64,000 bases of DNA from Entomortierella parvispora E1425. Taxonomy: Eukaryota; Fungi; Mortierellomycota. Position 1 is the stretch's first letter. Each line of letters opens with the position of its first letter. The translations under genes and the position numbers were made by a program. The notes below the pieces were generated by a model. It had not been told where the DNA came from and did no database searches. It saw nothing but the letters and a program-made list of their open reading frames with translations. The stretch lies in the NCBI GenBank assembly GCA_020891255.1, contig BQFW01000007.1, positions 248,001 to 312,000 on the forward strand. The letters run 5' to 3'. Of this stretch, positions 37,118 to 49,068 are shown piece by piece.

Positions 37118-38934
37118 TTATGCCATTGCGACCTCACGCTTCATTGTCAACTGAGGTCTCTGATCCTGCCGCTCAGCGTGGGCCAATAACGACGCCAACT
37201 CGCTGTCCTCGTTGGCCCTCTTTTTTTGAGACACAAACGGCGCCGAGAAGGACGACGTCTGCATAGCATCCTCGACCGCAAGACCGTCAATCTCGTCAGC
37301 GTCCCGAAGATCGTGGCCTTCTCTCTTTTCAAACTCGATCCGGAGACGGTTCAGTCTGTTCTCGTGAATGGTCGATGTCCTGGAACCGCCGGATGGGGAG
37401 GATGCGGACGCAGAGGGATTTACGCCAAGAGCACGAAGAGTTTTGACTGCCTGATGCTCCAACATGGTACGCGCTGCGCTGTATTCAGGACCGTTGTAGC
37501 GAGCCCGAGAGATGATTCCATAGAGGGCACAACCCACCACCAAAGTTCCTCCACTGGCCATAGCCATCGTACTTCCAACGACGGCACCTCCAACTGCACC
37601 CAAGGATCCAACTGCCGACATGGACCATGCAACAGTTTCAGCCTAAATGTTTGTGAGAAAAAAAGAGTACATCATGTCAGCATTCCTTCTTAGATATGAC
37701 ATCTCACATAGATCAACCGTTAGTTCCTTACCTTTTTCTCCGATCTAGGGTCCAACCGTTGAATAATATTCATCAACTCTTGGATTAATTTAAGATCATG
37801 TCGAATCTGATCCGGGACTTCCAAGAACTGCTCGCTGATCCAGGCCTCTGTCGACTGAACGACACTGTCGCACTGCTCCATCAATTGCTCCAACTGGCTA
37901 TGAAAGGTGACGACCGAATACGTGGACGAGGCCTTGTGCGCCGAGTACATGGTCATGACCAAAGATGCCACGCCTACTGCAGCGACCAGCAACGCCTGGG
38001 CCGTATCGTCCTTCTTCACGACCGCCTTGGAGGAACTATCGTCCTTGTCGCCGTCCTCCTTGGATGATTTCTTTTTTTCCTTTTCCGTTTCCTTTTCCTT
38101 TTCTTCCTGCTTCTTTTTCTCCTTCTCCTTCTCATCCTGGTCCTTCTTTTCCTTTTCCTTCTCCTTCTTCTTCTTCTCCGTCTCCATCTCCTTTTCCAGC
38201 TTTTGCACTTTTTCCCGCTGAGTCTCCAAGTCCTGTTCGAGATTAAACCGGTCCCGTCGTTGCTTCTCGACCTCGGAACGCGCCATGGCCTTGTTCTGGT
38301 CCAGTTCTCGTTCCATCGCCCGCAGTCGATCCTCCATCTCTCTCAACCGTGCTCGTTCCTGGTGTGCGTTGAAATGATCGTAACCACTGCTGCTGGCGCC
38401 AAACCAGTAGGAGGTGCCGGATGTTCGATTATATCTTTCTCTCTCTCGAGTCCTCTCTCGCTCCCATTCGCGTCCTTGTTCATAGGCCCGTGCCGAAGAG
38501 GAAGAGGAAGAGGACGCCGAGTTCCCGTCCATGAACCGTCCTGCCAGGTACAATGCGTTGCCGAGGGTCTGATGGTTTGTCAAGTTGGAAAACGACGAAA
38601 AGAGGCCCTCCCTGGTACCCGCTGATTGCGTTCCTGACGCTGCTCCTGTGGTTGTTGAAGAGGAGGCTGAGAATGCGTCGCCTTCCGTCTTGACGTCTGG
38701 AGGATTGGGCGCAGCAGCCGTGGAGGAGGCAGACGCAGCGGCATCCGCCGAGGTCCCTGAGCCTTGCCATCCATCCGGGAGGGGTTCTTGGTCTTCTGCA
38801 GAGTTCTTGGCGAGCTGGGAGAGGATGTGGGGCGTAAAGGACAAGAGGGTGGAGACGGGTGCGACAAACTCGAGCGTGTCGGGGTCGTAGAGTTCCCGTG
38901 GGAAGGTAATGTCGTCAAAGAGAATGGAAGCCAT
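37118..38934 (-). CDS. Hypothetical protein with a coiled-coil/KE-rich region and 2-3 hydrophobic segments, 2 exons
   Basis: MASILFDDITFPRELYDP... to ...LDPRSEKK, GT-AG intron about 37645-37727, then AETVAWSMSAVGSLGAVGGAVVG...MKREVAMA*. Confidence 0.75.
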
Positions 38935-39285
38935 TTTGACGGAATGAGAATGAACTTGAATGAATTGCTCCCAACTTTGCTTTAAAGGTCTTGAATGTCG
39001 GTGTAGTGATGCAAAGAGAAAAGAGAAAAGAATAAAAGAAGAGTAAAAGGAACGAAAAAAAAGAGAGCGACGAGCCAAAAGCACAAAGGACAAAGAAAGG
39101 GACCCTTTCGACTTTGAACCAAGAAAAGGCTCACCTCTGCTCTGCTCTTCAGAAATGCCCAATGCCAAGACCTTTGAGGCGGAAAGTGACTGTTTGCCAC
39201 GTGGACCAAAGGGGCAACTTGCATGTTTCTATTTCTTTTTTTTTTTTCTTTTTTATTTGCAACTGTGCTGCCGCAAACATCGCGT

Positions 39286-42200
39286 CTAGTCCTTTTCTGC
39301 CAGCACGGTCACAAACGAGAAAGGCTCAAAGGCGTAGCCGGTACCTTCGTAGAACTTGCTGTTGAACTCGACCCAGTGCAGACGCAGCGCGTGCAGGAAC
39401 GCTGACAATCCCTCCATGCCAATCAAGATTCCGACCGTCAGCACGAACCACATGGAAAACATCACAATCGTCATAAACGCTCCAATGGGGCCAGAGAACT
39501 TCCATGCCATAGCGAGTGTCATGGACCACAGCACTTCCGACAATTGCGCGTGCGCCAATGATAGCGCCCACAGACGCAGATACGACGCCGTGTTGGAGAT
39601 GCAGCTCAGACAGTAATCGATCGTGTGGATCACCTGGTGGATCAACACTTCTGAAAACTCAAACTCTTCGCCATGCTCATCACCATGTTCATCTGAGGCA
39701 ACAATGGCTCCCCCAGCATCGTCCGAGTGGCTGCTGTCCGTACTAATACGTACATTGTTCTCTGAAGGCCGATGGTATCCCATGGCGCGAGCCTTGTTGT
39801 GCTCCCACTTGAGATAATACGGCTTCAAGAACAACATCCATGGAACACAGATGATCGCCACCAACACGAGCACTGCTTGAACAAAGGCCTAGAAGAAAAG
39901 GGGGAAAAAATATGATCGAGGTTAGTACGTTGTATTGTTGTATTACAAACAGCATGCGGCAGCACAGTGAAGGATCTTACCTGTCCAGGATACAACTTGT
40001 CGGCTTCACTCACTGAACCGGGACTCAAGAACATGTAAATCATAGTGTTGAGCAAACTGGGGGGCGAATTGCGAACGGCGTGACCTGCTGCGTCCGTCTC
40101 GTACCAGTCCACTGACCATTTATACGTGATCATTGTGATGAGGTATCCAAACAAGCACTGCATGAACAACATCTGTGGGATAAAGCCTCCAATGATTTCA
40201 ATGGGCTTGCGGAAGAACTTTGCGTTATAGTAGACCATGCAGAGACCGAAGGACATATGAATGACTCCCAAGACAACAGACATCTTCATCTTGTACGAGT
40301 TTGTGAACAGCAGATAGTTCTCTGTTCCATGCCAGGCATAGTCGATTCCAAATGGGTAGGTGTGGCCGTTGGGCTGAGCAATTACTGCCTGTCCTTCCAC
40401 GTAATCCTCAGGGAGAGTGAAGACCCATCCGGTCTGGAAAAAGGGGAGTGCCCGCGAAAAGATATCGTTGTACATCATTCCTGTAAAGAGCGAGAACGCT
40501 CCCATGAGCAAGACAATATAGCGTCCTCCATAAACCATTGCAAACATCTATAAATTGAAAAAAAAAAAAAAAAAAAATGTGTTAATGTGTTAGTAAACAA
40601 ACAATATAACCAGTTCAAGAGCTATATGTTACTTTTTCAATAAGAAACATTACCTCGTTATCCACATGAGCAAGCTTGCGCTCGTTCATAACAAGCCAAA
40701 TTCCTGCTAGGAGCACAAGGAATCCATGTCCGACATCGCCAAACATGACAGCAAAAAGAAAGGGAAAGGAGATGACAGTGAAGAGACCAGGGTTCACTTC
40801 GCGGTAACGTGCCATTCCATAAGCATCCACAATAGCCTGGAATCCAGCCGTGAACTTGTTGGTCTTGTGGAACGTTGGCGGTTCCTTGTGCGTTCGGAGC
40901 TCGTTCAAGATGGATGGTACCATAGATCCCGATCTTTCTGTGACGCCTCGGAGCGCCGACTGAATAGTTCCAATTTCGTTTGTTGGACACCAGCCCTCGG
41001 CAATTAAGCATTTGCGGTTGACATCGTAATTGAATTGATTCATAGTGTGATAAGTCGCCTTCTCCTTCTTGACGATAGTCATCCAAGACGCAAGACTTTC
41101 CGAGATGCGAATGAGTTCAAGACGACGGGTCTGAGTAGTGTTTGTGAGTACAGAGTCGAACTCTTCAATATGACGCACAGTGTCCGAGAGGGCATCCCGT
41201 CGACGATCAGGGTTGGAGTCGATAGGGTATAAGGTCGCACCCAAGGACTCTGCAATCTTTCGAATCTTTGCTAGAATCTCACGACCATGCGCAAAGATGA
41301 TAAACACGTTCTTGTCCACAGCCACATCCGTGGATGGATCCACCACTGGTTCGTCGATCTCAGCCGTGTTCATATACAGGTTCCCACGAAGCGAGCGCCA
41401 GAGGATTCTCTCGAAAGTCAGCATTTTGCTCCGGGGAATTACACCCGTGACGTTGCCCAGGGCAAGACCCAGATTCTGTGCCTCCTGCGAGGGTCCTGTT
41501 TCCAGATCGTCCAATAGTGGCGCATTGGGTTCATCAAACGAATGGCGGATCTCCTCCTGGTGCGACGCGGCCTGTGGGTCACAAATTAAAAAAATGGTTT
41601 GTGGTCAGTGTTGAGATTCTCAATCTGCGGCATCAAAAATTCTCGATCCGTGCACCAAATCCATTCCAGTGGACCCTAGCTGGCCTGTTGGCCCGTATTT
41701 GTTACCTCCTGAAAGAAGTCCGAGGTCTCTCTCAGGACATGCTTCATCTCTGTCAGCTCCAGGTACCGTCGCTGCATGGTCAGGTGCGAGTTGTTCATTT
41801 GCAAAAGACGGTTCTCGTGTTCAGAAAGACGCTCCTCCAGATCATCCAGCTCCTGGCGTGACCGCGCCCGAGCCATGTATGCGTTCGAATGTGAGGACCG
41901 GACATGGATCTCTGCCTTTTCGATCTGTGCAGTAAAGAAGCCTGTAGAGGATTGTCAGCCATCGCGCATGACGAAATAGATGGTGCCATTAGAGCGCAAT
42001 GGACAAGTGGAAACTTACGGAGTTGGCGCTCCATCTCGTCGAACCGACGAATCTCGTTCACAAAGGCGCGCTGGAAGGCATTTACGTCTGGGTTGAGCTA
42101 TTGAATGTGGTCGACCACATGGATGAGTATGTAGAAAACAGTAGAACAATGCTCCTTGATGCCACACATGCCATGACCTTGCCATTGTCACCTACATCAC

Positions 42201-42318
42201 GAAACTGCACCAGACCCAGCTCTCCCAGCTCGGCGACCGTTGGCTGTGCCACCTCGGCGGGGATGTAGAGCTGAATCAGCGACATCTCCTCTGAGCGAAA
42301 GAAAGTGGACTCGTTCAT
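39286..42318 (-). CDS. VPH1: V-type proton ATPase V0 subunit a, multi-exon
   Basis: [124 protein letters not shown]. Conventional ATG at 42316-42318. Confidence 0.96.
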
Positions 42319-43128
42319 GTTGTGTTGCCGTCTGCTGCTGTTGTTGAGGGTGCTGTTGCTTCTGTGGAGTTTGCGGAGGTCCTCCTGTTGTTGCAAAGGA
42401 TCAAAGTGGTGTTGGGCCGTAGGCGCGTGGGAGTCAGTGACGCCTTCTTCTAGGAAGGGGTTGTCGTGGGCAAAAGAAGAGTTGGCAGGAAAAGAGTTGC
42501 TGCCGGAAGGGGCCCTTAGTCGGCTCGTCAGTGATCCCGAGGCAGAGGAGGTCGAGGTTGAGGAGGCAAGGGCGTCCACAGGGGCCTGGCTGCTGCTGCT
42601 GGCGCGTTGGAGCGACTCGAGAGGGACGTAATCACCGCCTGCAGGCTTGAAGATCTCGACGATGCGTTTAATGGTGACGAGCGGACTGCCTCTTCAAGAT
42701 GAGGCGCGGGGATGGAGGGAGAAGGGGAGTGAAGGGGGGGGGGGAGTGGATGTGGCGGGAAGGAAGAAAGAGATGCCAAGCGAAGCGGATGAATGAAAGA
42801 GCATAGGGCGCGATACATAAATATATGGTGCGCTTATTGCTGCATCGACGACATTGAAGAGAGTCGACTTTATCATGTGACCCTTGGACGTCACCGGTTG
42901 GTGGCGTTGAAGAGGAGCGCTCTCCCCGGTCGCCTACGCGGTGGTGGGTGGAGAGTGGATGCATGTCAGATCGTGGGATGGGATGACACGATCCACTGTA
43001 GACTGTGCATGTGTGTCTTGTGCCCTGACTGAACAATGACCGCGACACGCTATACACAGTAGGAAAGAGACGGGGCACAGAAAACAAGTCCGCAGGCGAA
43101 CCAGCACGGACGATCTAGGCGCAAGAGG

Positions 43129-43160
<32 letters not shown>

Positions 43161-43498
43161 TGAATATCGCCCGCCCAATCGTGCGGGATGAAGGGGTGGA
43201 GGGAACAGGAAAAAGAAGGACAATAAAGGGCGCCCCTGTATGATTTTTCAAACCCCTCCAGGCGCCCATCCCCATCCGTGTGCAACCGAAAGTCACCGTT
43301 CGGTCTATGACTCCTTCTCTTACTTGTCCGACCTTGCTGTCTCTGTCTCTCACTCGTTTGTTGAGCCTTGCCTCCCCTCCTCTCCCCTCCCCCGCTTCCG
43401 TTACTCCGCGAAGACTGCTCGGCGGTCTTTGATCTACTGCACTCATCTCATCGATCCCCCACCATTTTCTGTCTCGACCCTTATCCTTGTGTCCGGTC

Positions 43499-43505
43499 TA
43501 TAAAA
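43499..43505 (+). promoter_or_regulatory. TATA box of THI4
   Basis: TATAAAA followed by a CT-rich leader, about 120 nt before ATG 43624. Confidence 0.55.
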
Positions 43506-43623
43506 GCCGCCGCTCTCTTTGTTCCCCCCCTTTCCCTTTCCTTCCTTCTTCTTCTCTTTCTTCCTTCTCTTCACCCTTATCACAAGACCCTTCTTTACAC
43601 CACCCTCACTCACTCAATCAACC

Positions 43624-44940
<1,317 letters not shown>

Positions 44941-45060
44941 ATGACCAACATCTAGCGGATGTCCGATTCTTTTGTTTACTGACCATTTTTTTTTATCTTT
45001 TTTTTTTCCTTTCTGTCCCATCATATTTTGTTTCTCTGTCGAGATGAAGAAAGAAGAACA

Positions 45061-45404
45061 ACACCAGGGGTCCTTGATCTTCCCATCTGTTACTCTCCCG
45101 CTCTGGCCATCTTTTTCCCACGATCTCAAAATTTCAACAAGAGGAATGACTCTTTTTGAAAATTTGTTTTCGACTAATGGGGGCTCATAAAAGGATGGTC
45201 GGAGTTGTGATGATGCGTCTGAAGATCTCGGTGAGAAATACCCTTTGAACCTGATGGTCAGATGAAAATAAGGAAGTACAAGAACTGAACGAGCATGTAA
45301 AAGGCCCTCTCTTTCTCTGGAGAGTGGTTTTTTGTCCCTCGAATAGTTTTTTTTCCTTACTTTCTCTGATCCAACACGATAATGCGTGCGGCTAGGAAGC
45401 GTGT
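45061..45404 (+). ncRNA. TPP riboswitch aptamer in the THI4 3' UTR with two large hairpin insertions
   Basis: P1/P2 5' ACACCAGGGGU (45061-71); P3 CCuuGAUCUUC/GAAGAUCucGG; core UGAGAAAUACCCUUUGAACCUGAU (45232-55); P5 CACG-AUAAUG-CGUG-CG (45375-90); P4'/P1' UAGGAAGCGUGU (45393-404). Confidence 0.85.
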
Positions 45405-45578
45405 ACATCTCTTTCTTCACTTCAGTCTCGACCCTCTTTTTTTTCTCTTTCATTTTATTTTCTTTTCCAATCTTCATTTTTTTCTTTCACTTTTCATTAC
45501 AAAATAAATCTCTTTCATCAAAGAGTAAAAAACATACTCCATCGTTCCCACATCTTGTAAAGAAGTATGATTGCTTCG

Positions 45579-46541
45579 TTAAAGCGTAGCCGTCATCTGA
45601 ACCGACCGCTTGGCAGTCTCTTCAAACTTGGTCTTGTCTGATTTCCAAAGTTTCTAGTATTATTGTCCCCAAAGAAGAAAAGAGATGAGCCGGCTGAGAT
45701 TTTGCGTTGGCAACGATCTGGCTACTGTTCTACTGCTGTGCGTTCTTGGTTACCTCTGCCTCTGGGTTGGCAATATACTCCTCGACGGGGTGGACAAACA
45801 TCCCCCGAACCGCCAACAGAACTTTTTCTATGCTCTGGGCTGGACTCCACCGTTCTGCACTAGAATCGTGGTGGGCCGGATCACTACCGGCGACAAACAG
45901 CAAAGGGAGTCCTACCGTTCCATCCTGGGCCACTGTGGGAGACAAGAGAGATCAGAACGCAATGGGTCAGTGTGTCCATCAAAAAAAAACGGGACATCCC
46001 TTGAGCTCCTTTCTTTTTTTTTCCTCAGTTACCGTTGGGATGAAAGATCTGTCCAGACAGCTTGACCTTGGGTGGCAAAAGTGGGTACTCTTTTGGGAAC
46101 GTCAAGGTGCCAGGAAGGATTGAACCTTCATAAGCGGTTCCCTTTGGGGCACTTTTTCATACAAGCGCGATCCGATCAAAAAAAAAAAAAAAAAAAAAAA
46201 AAGTACGCAAGCAAAGGTCAGCCCTAGCTGAGGTTCTCTCAACTTAATACCGCAATGAGTTTCCGGAATGGAGTTCGTTACTTGATGTGAATGTTCCATT
46301 CAAACACATTGTCTTTGCTGATGGGCTCTAGAGTTTGATTGGACACGTGGAGAAGAAAGAGCTGACGGTGTGAGAGATTGAGTGCTGTATTTGGTCTATC
46401 AATGCCGGGTTCGGGGCCATCCTTCTTTTTCTTGTTACCAGCTACTATGCCATTGTGATGATACAAGTTGAGTTCGGCCAGCTCTGCCTTGATGCGCTTG
46501 GAGGCCTTTGACTCTCTGTTTTCGTCAAGATGAGGATCCAT
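45579..46541 (-). CDS. UBC7-derived ubiquitin-conjugating enzyme variant lacking the catalytic Cys, 5 exons
   Basis: MDPHLDENRESKASKRIKAELAEL...GIVA/EPISKDNVFEWNIHI/NAPKGTAYEG...FPKEYPLLPPKVK...FHPN/VAQDGTVGLPLL...ERWSPAQSIEKVLL...ANPEA/KLWKSDKTKF...ATL*. Intron positions match UBC7. Confidence 0.82.
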
Positions 46542-47184
46542 TGATAGCTGTCTTTTTTTTTCGGGAAAAGATTGAAGTTGGGAGCAGAGGACTGAAAGAG
46601 CCCAAGCTGCTCCGTACGGGGTCAACCAAAAGCCGCAGAGGTGAAAAGAGGATCAAGTTCAAACTGGAACGGCCTGCTTTCATTTTCTTTTTCTGTCCGA
46701 TGGTATCACTGCATGGCTGGAACTGAGCGGCGAGGTGATGGAACCGTGGGCGCTCAGACCAGCATCTCTCTCCCTGTGACCCTTATATCTCCTTAACAAG
46801 GAGGTGCGCTAACCCTATTTCAACCCCCAGTCAGATCGTACCTACAGCCCCCGTCTTCAACCCTGCTGGTGATCATCCGTACTCCCAGCAGTAAAACACC
46901 CTCTCGGTCATTGTTTACGTTCGAGAGCGGTCTTTTCTTACTCGTTATTAAAACCATGATTCTCATCCCAACAAAGATCAAAAATGGGCTTTTGCCTCCG
47001 AACCCCTGATTTGACCGATTTGAGGGATTTGACCGTCAGGGTGTGTTGCCTACCCTTTCCGTTCGTCTTATATACCTCCACTTCTCTCTTGTTCTCTTTC
47101 CCTTCTTTCATTCCTCCTTCCTCTATCTCCTACTCACCTTAACACCACGACCAACTTGAGCGTACCCATAAACGCTCTTAAACG

Positions 47185-48978
47185 ATGGTCTTTCCAAAGT
47201 CAATCATCGATCCCATCCGCAAAGGCTACATGTTTTGCCTCCTGCCCATTCTGTCAGGTAAAAAAAGCTCGACTATTCTGTATTTGAGGGGAAATAGCTG
47301 CGACAGATCTCCTACGCCTGTGATGGCTCAGGACCTGCACCTTCTGAACGATCTCTTTCAAACGTTGGAGGGAGGTGTCTTTTACACAGATCTTTCAAAA
47401 TCGGGGCTTGTAGCTCAATGACAGAGTCGAAATGTCTCATTTACGGATGGTCATGATCTGAATATCGGTGCTAAATACATCCTCACAATCGCCTACAATA
47501 GCCACAGTGTTTTTGTCCCTCGCGACAGCTCAGACGCAATCTCTGGAGCTATGCTCGGCCCAAATATGCATCTCAGCCTCTATATTTTCCGAGGACACCA
47601 GCACGATCGAGTTCTCACTCTTCTCAAAGATCCCCGTCGGGTGGGTCGGTCTTGGCATGGGGGGCAACTCTGTGAGCATGAATGGCAATGACCTGGCCGT
47701 AAGTTTCTTCCTATTTTAAGTCATTTTTCTGCGGGGGCATTTGGATGCTATGCAACGTTCTCACCATCCCATCTGCACCCTCGTCATCATCGTCCGCACT
47801 GTTCCCATACTGTTAGATTTGCTGGCCAAATATGACAGGAAGTGGTGCCGTGATATCTCAGCGCTCCGCCAGAAACAACGGCCAACCCTCAGTCTTGACC
47901 GAGACCGTGGCTTTCCAAGTGCAGCAAAACAAATCTGGCCTGACTCCAAGCAGCTTCGACTTTGTCTGTACGTACTCACGGCCCCTGAGCCTCTCTACCT
48001 CGCCAATTGCGCCAACCGCCACCTCTATCAATGTCATCTATGCGATTGGACTACAGGCAGTCTCTGGATCCAGCAACCCACAACAGGCCAGCATCGCGCA
48101 GCACGCTTTCACGGGAAATGGGGTGCTGAATATCCAGAGGCGACAAGGCGCTAGTTCCGATCCTAACAACACTATAACTGAACCTCTGGGAGGCTCCCTG
48201 AACAGTGGATCGGCACAGAGTGAATTGGCAAAGATGCTGAAAGATGAGAATATTTATAACACCCTCGTTCAAGTGCATGGTAAGCGGCCCTTTTTTTTTT
48301 TTTTTTTTTTTTTTTTGTTTCTCGAATTGACGAGTGCTGCGATTCGTGTAGCAACAAAGAGCACAAACAAACTCGTTTGTATAAATATTAACGTCTTCAA
48401 TCGATATTTTTGAATTTGTAGGAATCCTGATGACCCTTGCGTGGCTCTTTATTTTCCCTACTGGCGCGATTCTCGTCCGGTTCTTCTCACATTTGCATCA
48501 TGTCTTCCGTTGGCACCGCCCTCTTCAGGTCGCAGGATTTCTCCTTGTAATCATAGCGATTGTCTGCATCGTCGCAGGCGCCTATATATCCCCTCAGGGT
48601 GCGCCTCCGGTCTCTGCATCGACCCATGGCGAGCTGGGGGTTGTTGTCTGTGTGGCTTTGCTCCTTCAGGTCGTTATCGGTATTTACATCTTCCATACGT
48701 GGGATATTACCCGCGTAGATAGACCGCGTCTTCGGTTAGTAATTACGACATGGATGCATCGTCTTTGGGGCTATGCAGTATTGATCGTCGCGTTGTATCA
48801 GACGTACCTGGGCCTGGTCCTCTATGGTATGTGGCCAACAGGTCAAGAGGCGGTCTGGTACGTGTTTTATGCTTGGGTCTGCATCTTGATTGTAGCCTTT
48901 GTGTTGGGATCAGCCATCAAGTGGTGGAGGGACAAGAGGATAGAAAAAGTGAAGACCGTGGATGAAGACGATGAATAA
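47185..48978 (+). CDS. DOMON-domain/cytochrome b561 trans-membrane electron transfer protein (ferric-reductase-like), 4 exons
   Basis: Exon 1 47185-47257 spliced to 47502 gives a signal-like ...FCLLPILSATVFLSLATA. DOMON VGWVGLGMG...SMNGNDL...AQH (Met/His heme ligands); b561 His in VQVHG, RWHRPLQ, STHGELG and WMHRLWG. Confidence 0.88.
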
Positions 48979-49068
48979 AAAGCAAGAATGCTTGTTTCTG
49001 CAAAACCGATGTAGCCCTGTCACGGGGGTGCGGTGCCTCCTAGGCCATTCTGTTTATTCTGACAATGT

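Noticed and set aside
45256-45372. J4/5 insert as a removable spliceosomal intron restoring a canonical aptamer
   Set aside because: There is no AG at the required 3' boundary (…GATCCAA/CACG), and the insert is explained by self-complementarity.
45684-45705. Second GCCGGCTGAGATT motif resembling TPP P3'-J3/2
   Set aside because: Not followed by AUACCC/CCUGAU or an L5 loop; it lies in the last intron of the E2 variant on the opposite strand.
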